From Squalus acanthias (lineage: Eukaryota), in NCBI GenBank assembly GCA_030390025.1, contig CM059432.1, positions 73,534,001-73,598,000 on the forward strand: 64,000 nucleotides of DNA, given 5' to 3'. The notes beneath the pieces are model-generated. The model was not told the origin of the DNA, did not search any database, and saw nothing but the letters and a program-made list of their open reading frames with translations. Of this stretch, positions 59,451 through 64,000 are shown piece by piece. Position numbers and translations under genes: made by a program. Positions within the stretch are counted from its first letter, which is position 1; every line of letters begins with the position of its first letter.

Positions 59451-61046
59451 TGTAAGGGGTCATGGTACTGGTGCGAGGTGAGGCCTTCGTTGCCTACACT
59501 ATTGCTTGCTCTGGTCTCCGGCCAGACTTTTGCAATAAGCACCTGTGAGTGGTTCGACCCACTCGCCCTTACGGTTCTGACACCTGGACTTAGATGCAAG
59601 GAGCAGTAATGCAGAGAAAACTCAAATAGACCCGGTTGAATAGCACGAAATGAATATCTTTATTGCATGGCGTCTAAAATCATGAAATACATGTCATAGG
59701 CGCAGATGAAAGAGAGTACAAGTATACACACGTTCATAAAACTTGGTCTATGGAAATGAGGAACACACGACACATCGTAAAAGGGGAAACACATTATACA
59801 TTAACCTTAGAAAAACCACCCTCCCTCAATATACCTAAACTACGTCTGGATTTGTAGGATCGGAAAACATGCTCACCACTCGGCTTACTTCGGAAATTTA
59901 AAGTGGGGCACTCAGCTCGTTTCGCTGCAGCGCCTGACTGTCACGTGTTTGGAAGGGTTTCTGCACCCCACTTGTTTACTCTCGCTGCCGCGAAAGGCAA
60001 GCCAGACTCCCTGATGTCATGAAGCAATCGATGGATTCAAACCGGATCGTGCAGTAATCCGTAGAATTCAAAGGAAACGGCACACGTAGAATTCAAAGAT
60101 GGGTTCTGTCGTTATATCTTCGGGCGCGGTCGGGGTTTACTGACCGTGGCGGCACGTGGAATTTCTTCTCGTCTTTCCTCTCGTCTTTCTTCTCGTCACT
60201 CGGGCCTCCGGGTCCGGACACCGCTTACCGACACTTGGGATGGTGCACCCTGTTACCTGCCCTGTCGAGACGGCTCGTTCCGACTGAGCTCCACCCAACA
60301 CTCGAACAACCGACCAGCACGGCTAAGAGTCAAGAGTCAAGAGAGTCCAGCAAGAGCTTCAGGAAGAGTCAAGAGTCAAGGAAGAGTCCAGGAAGCGAGA
60401 GAGCGAATGGACATTTGTCCCCTATAGTTATACTGCTTTGTCGGCCTTATCTCCCGCTCATATCTAAACGTTTATTCTTTGTGTGATTTTGGCGCCCAAA
60501 ACTCCCAGCATGGGGCGATTATCTTCTTAACGGGTTTCGGTAGCACCTGAAACTGGCCAACTATCCGTTAATACCTTCTCCATTGTTGAGCCAGCCAGAA
60601 TGTGTATGAATTGTCTCCTTGACTGGTTTTGGGGCCCCCCGAATACTGGCTTAATCACCCGCCAATGTCTCTCTCATTGTTGAGCCGGGGGGGTATTTGT
60701 GTATTGATGTGTCTAGATGGGTTCTCGATGGTCCCGTTCAATGATCCTTACTGTGCGTAGGAAACGATTCCAGCACTTATATCATTGCTATTGTTCAAGA
60801 TGCAAACGGGTTGCATCCTGTCTTTACAATGTGTACCGAGTATGATCCGATCTCATACTGAATGTATATTCGACGCCATCTTGTCTGCCCACTGTGTCTC
60901 TGGAAGCTTCTGCCACGATGCGCGGCGGCCATTTTACAGGCTTCTGTGTCCTTTATTATCAGGACAGCATTTCGTTTAATAAAAATGATCAATTGAAACT
61001 GCTTCTCTCATGTTATTTTGAATCGCGATAATTGCGAAACTCTACA
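59451..61046 (-). mobile_element. Solo LTR (1596 bp), related in layout to 5194-6660
   Basis: TGTA...TACA; 4-bp TSD CAGC (59447-59450, 61047-61050); minus-strand TATAA near 60430, AATAAA at 59659-59664. Confidence 0.88.
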
Positions 61047-61355
61047 CAGCCCAGAGAGGTTGTTAAAAGCCTCTCTAATCCTATTTATTTTTTGTTATTT
61101 TTCAACATTTTCAGCGTGTTCTACGACACTCCTAAACCACGCCAGCTAAACCTGGTGGGTTGACAAGTGGGTTGCCTCCTCACAGCTGCAGCTCCACCAT
61201 TAAAACAGAGTTTTCATCAGGGATTAGTTGCAAGTGGCAGAACTTTGCTTTAAAAGGTCTTTCAGCACTTTTATCAGGCCTTCCGAAGTCGGAGGTGCTG
61301 CAGCTTGTATCTATCAACTGTGGGACCTCCTTGGAAGACCCTCTCCCCGCTTGCA

Positions 61356-62591
61356 ATGAGCGCTTCCCCAGCGGAGGCATCTGCAAGCAGCATGGGAACC
61401 ATTCATTTCCTTTCACCATGGACCTCAGATTCGGATGAGGAGCATCCAGGGCAGCAGCAGAACCAGGCAGCTCAGCAGCAACAGCAGCAGGAGCCCCAAC
61501 CGCCTGCTCAGCCACCTGATGCTGCACAGGGCAGAAGGTGCCAGCGCATCGAGGCACCTCCCCGCAGGAGATACCCCCCACAGAGGGTTTACAGACAAAG
61601 GATGAGCTACTTCAACATGAGTGAGCAGCAGTGCCAAAGGAAGCTGAGACTTTCGCGAGAGGCTGTCCGAGAGATCTGCGGACTGCTGCAGCAAGACCTG
61701 GTGCCCAGAGGAACGGGTGGACACCCCTTACCAGTGGCTGTCAAATTCACCACCGCACTCAACTTCTTTGCCTCAGGCTCCTTCCAGGGATCATCAGCAG
61801 ACATCAGCGGCATCTCCCAGTCGGCCACCCACAGTTGCATCACCCAGGTTACCGATGCCCTTTTCGCAAAGGCGCACAATTACATCCAGTTCTCAAGGGA
61901 TCAAGCAAGTATAACCGCCCGTTCGGTTGGCTTCGCAAATATGGCAGGCATGCCAATGGTGCAGGGTGTCATAGACTGCACACATGTGGCCCTTAGGGCA
62001 CCCCATCACAACCCAGCTAACTTTGTCAACCGAAAGGGCTTCCACTCCCTCAACGTACAGCTGGTGTGTAACCACAAGAAGGAGTTTTTGCATGTTTGCG
62101 CCAAGTTCTGTGGTAGTTGCCATGACTCTTTCATGCTGCAGCACTCTAGTGTTCCTCTGCTTTTCAATCCGCCAAACCAACTTATCGGATGGCTCCTTGG
62201 TGACAAAGGCTACCCCCTGAAGAAGTGGCTAATGACGCCGATCAGGAGGTCAGCTAATGAGGCTGAAGAGCGCTACAACGTCAACCACACTTCGACCAGG
62301 TCCATCATTGAGCAAACCATTGGGTTGTTGAAGATGCGCTTCTGTTGCCTTGACCGATCAGGTGGAGCCCTGCAGTATACACCATACAGGGTCTCCAGAA
62401 TGGTCGTGGTCTGCTGTGCACTGCACAACATCGCACAGCGTCGTGGCTTGCAGCTTCCTGATGAGCAAGTAGCTCAGTTCCAGCCCTCCTCAAATGAGGA
62501 TGAGGAGGATGAGGAGGAGGATCTGGAGGAGGAGGAGCAGGAGGAGGACAGAGCGCCGGTCTATCGACCAGCAGCAGCGGCAGCACGCTAG
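61356..62591 (+). CDS. Harbinger (HARBI1-like) DDE transposase, open frame ending at a premature TAG about 18 codons early
   Basis: [37 protein letters not shown] in one frame; in-frame ATGs at 61356 and 61392; family C-terminus (..LARFA*) lies out of frame to 62646. Confidence 0.88.
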   Translation: MSASPAEASASSMGTIHFLSPWTSDSDEEHPGQQQNQAAQQQQQQEPQPPAQPPDAAQGRRCQRIEAPPRRRYPPQRVYRQRMSYFNMSEQQCQRKLRLSREAVREICGLLQQDLVPRGTGGHPLPVAVKFTTALNFFASGSFQGSSADISGISQSATHSCITQVTDALFAKAHNYIQFSRDQASITARSVGFANMAGMPMVQGVIDCTHVALRAPHHNPANFVNRKGFHSLNVQLVCNHKKEFLHVCAKFCGSCHDSFMLQHSSVPLLFNPPNQLIGWLLGDKGYPLKKWLMTPIRRSANEAEERYNVNHTSTRSIIEQTIGLLKMRFCCLDRSGGALQYTPYRVSRMVVVCCALHNIAQRRGLQLPDEQVAQFQPSSNEDEEDEEEDLEEEEQEEDRAPVYRPAAAAAR

Positions 62592-63169
62592 CACATGGCT
62601 GCCCGTGATGCAAGGGATGAACTTTATCCTGGCCAGATTTGCATAGGTTGCCCATGTTGGCACATGTCCTTGGCTCATCTTAAGACATCATAGACAATGG
62701 ACATGACTCTCTGGCCTCCTTTCATTCTGGCCACCAACCTGACAACGCAAGTGTGGCGGAGCCCGCAATATGGAGCTGACGGATGCCATCACACCAACAT
62801 TTTGCCATCAAATCATTTTAATGCTTTCCAACAGGGATGGCATTTCATCAATACACATAAACATTCACCCAATCTGCACACAGATCTGGAGGTTATACCC
62901 CTTGCCAGCTGGACCCACACAGCCTTGGTTTCTTTGGGAGGCCTCTTCCTCCCAGATGAGTGGGAGCTCTCACCCCCTCAACCAAGATTTGCAGCACTTC
63001 ATCTGAGAACCTCGGGGAGGCCCTTGCCTTGGAATTGGACATAGTGGTTTCTCAAAATATGTTGCAGCATTGACAGAAATCCAGTGGAATGATCCAAGGC
63101 AGCAAGCAGCCCTTAAATGAGGCTGGAAAAGTGATGTCAGCAGAGGCGAGTTTCAGTCCCAAAACACTA

Positions 63170-63325
63170 ATTAAAAGTAGCAACACAGGTTAACAAGGCC
63201 ATAAAAATGCAAACAAAGCACTGGGGTTAATTTCTAGAGGAATAGAATTGTAGAGCAGAGAAGTTATGATAAACTTGTATAGAACCTTGGTTAGACCACA
63301 TTTTGAGTACTGTGAACAGTTCTGA
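63170..63325 (+). mobile_element. Internal CR1 ORF2 fragment inside the Harbinger subterminal region
   Basis: ALGLISRGIE..SREVMINLYRTLVRPHFEYC. Confidence 0.75.
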
Positions 63326-63565
63326 AATCAAGTGGCCAATCAGGGGAAAATTGAAATTTTTTCAAACCTATCAGTGGAGGTGGGTTTGGAACCCTCCCAA
63401 ACCGAAACCCGCCTCCAGTGGGAAAATCGCCCCCATAGGACCTGAAAGTATAATGACTCGTTCTATAGTTTCTTTTTTTGCTGGCAATGGATTAGTAGTA
63501 AATAAACTCTTCATCATACAGTATATTGCCATTTCCTTCAGTGAAATCTTCACATAAAAACCTAC

Positions 63566-63659
63566 CTGGAAGATTATAAGGACTTTTGTCTGGCTTATTC
63601 AATGCCAGAATACTTCCTGATGCACGGAAGCCTGTTGTATTACTGAGCAAAATTTCAAC
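63566..63659 (-). CDS. Candidate internal coding exon of an unidentified host gene (94 nt, phase 0-1)
   Basis: Acceptor TTCATTCACCTTAG, donor CAG|GTAGGT, only one open frame VEILLSNTTGFRASGSILALNKPDKSPYNLP, non-repetitive context. Confidence 0.5.
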
Positions 63660-64000
63660 CTAAGGTGAATGAACTGGCCAAGTATGTGGTCCAATTTGGT
63701 CTGAATCAAGTATTGATTTTTGATCCCTAGAACCAAAATCAAACTGAAGCTATGCTCTTGATTATCTTTAATGTATATTTCTGTTGAAAATGAGGTTTTG
63801 GACCATTGCTATATCATTGATATATCATTTGTATGCATGGCAGCAGTATTAATAGTTGCGGTAAGGCATTTGATTGGCTATTGTAAAGCTAATTTGTAGA
63901 TTCCTTTTTACAATATATATGTTTTGACCCTTTGTTCTTAACCCAATGTGATAACATGGTCTCCATCTCATGTTAGCTAACTACTGGGGAGTATAGCTAA

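Larger units (their letters stand above)
59324..63434. mobile_element. Harbinger subfamily A copy with near-intact transposase and mostly deleted Myb gene
   Basis: Right TIR GGAAAATCGCCCCC; left end GGGGGCG (partly deleted); ATA on both flanks; Myb exon 1 remnant about 62870-63045 (-). Confidence 0.85.

Noticed and set aside
5194..61046. The two LTRs as ends of one giant provirus
   Set aside because: Each has its own distinct TSD, their sequences differ greatly, and no gag/pol/env lies between them
61305..62591. Domesticated host HARBI1 gene
   Set aside because: Lies within TIR/TSD-bounded sequence, has several decayed paralogues in the window and a premature stop

Overview
Eukaryotic, repeat-saturated DNA, most likely from a shark or ray (inferred from HE1/V-SINE-like and Deu/SacSINE1-like SINEs and elasmobranch-type CR1 LINEs). 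Most of the window is nested transposable elements. There are about seven two-gene PIF/Harbinger DNA transposon copies (HARBI1-like DDE transposase plus a convergent three-exon Myb/SANT-like gene) and many Harbinger-type MITEs. Also present: several CR1 LINEs (one near full length with an esterase ORF1, three with long open RT frames), a single-ORF LINE with a tRNA-like 5' head, RTE, Vingi, L2 and Penelope-like fragments (one with an intact minimal hammerhead core), and two related ~1.5-kb solo LTRs. Only two plausible host exons were found (minus strand, unidentified protein), so the window is probably mostly intron. I see no CRISPR, prokaryotic system or clearly domesticated new gene. The best leads are the LTR architecture, the near-intact Harbinger system with its variable accessory protein, the tRNA-headed LINE/SINE pair and a fold-back transposase duplication. 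All calls were made by eye without database searches; family names are from recall and need checking.
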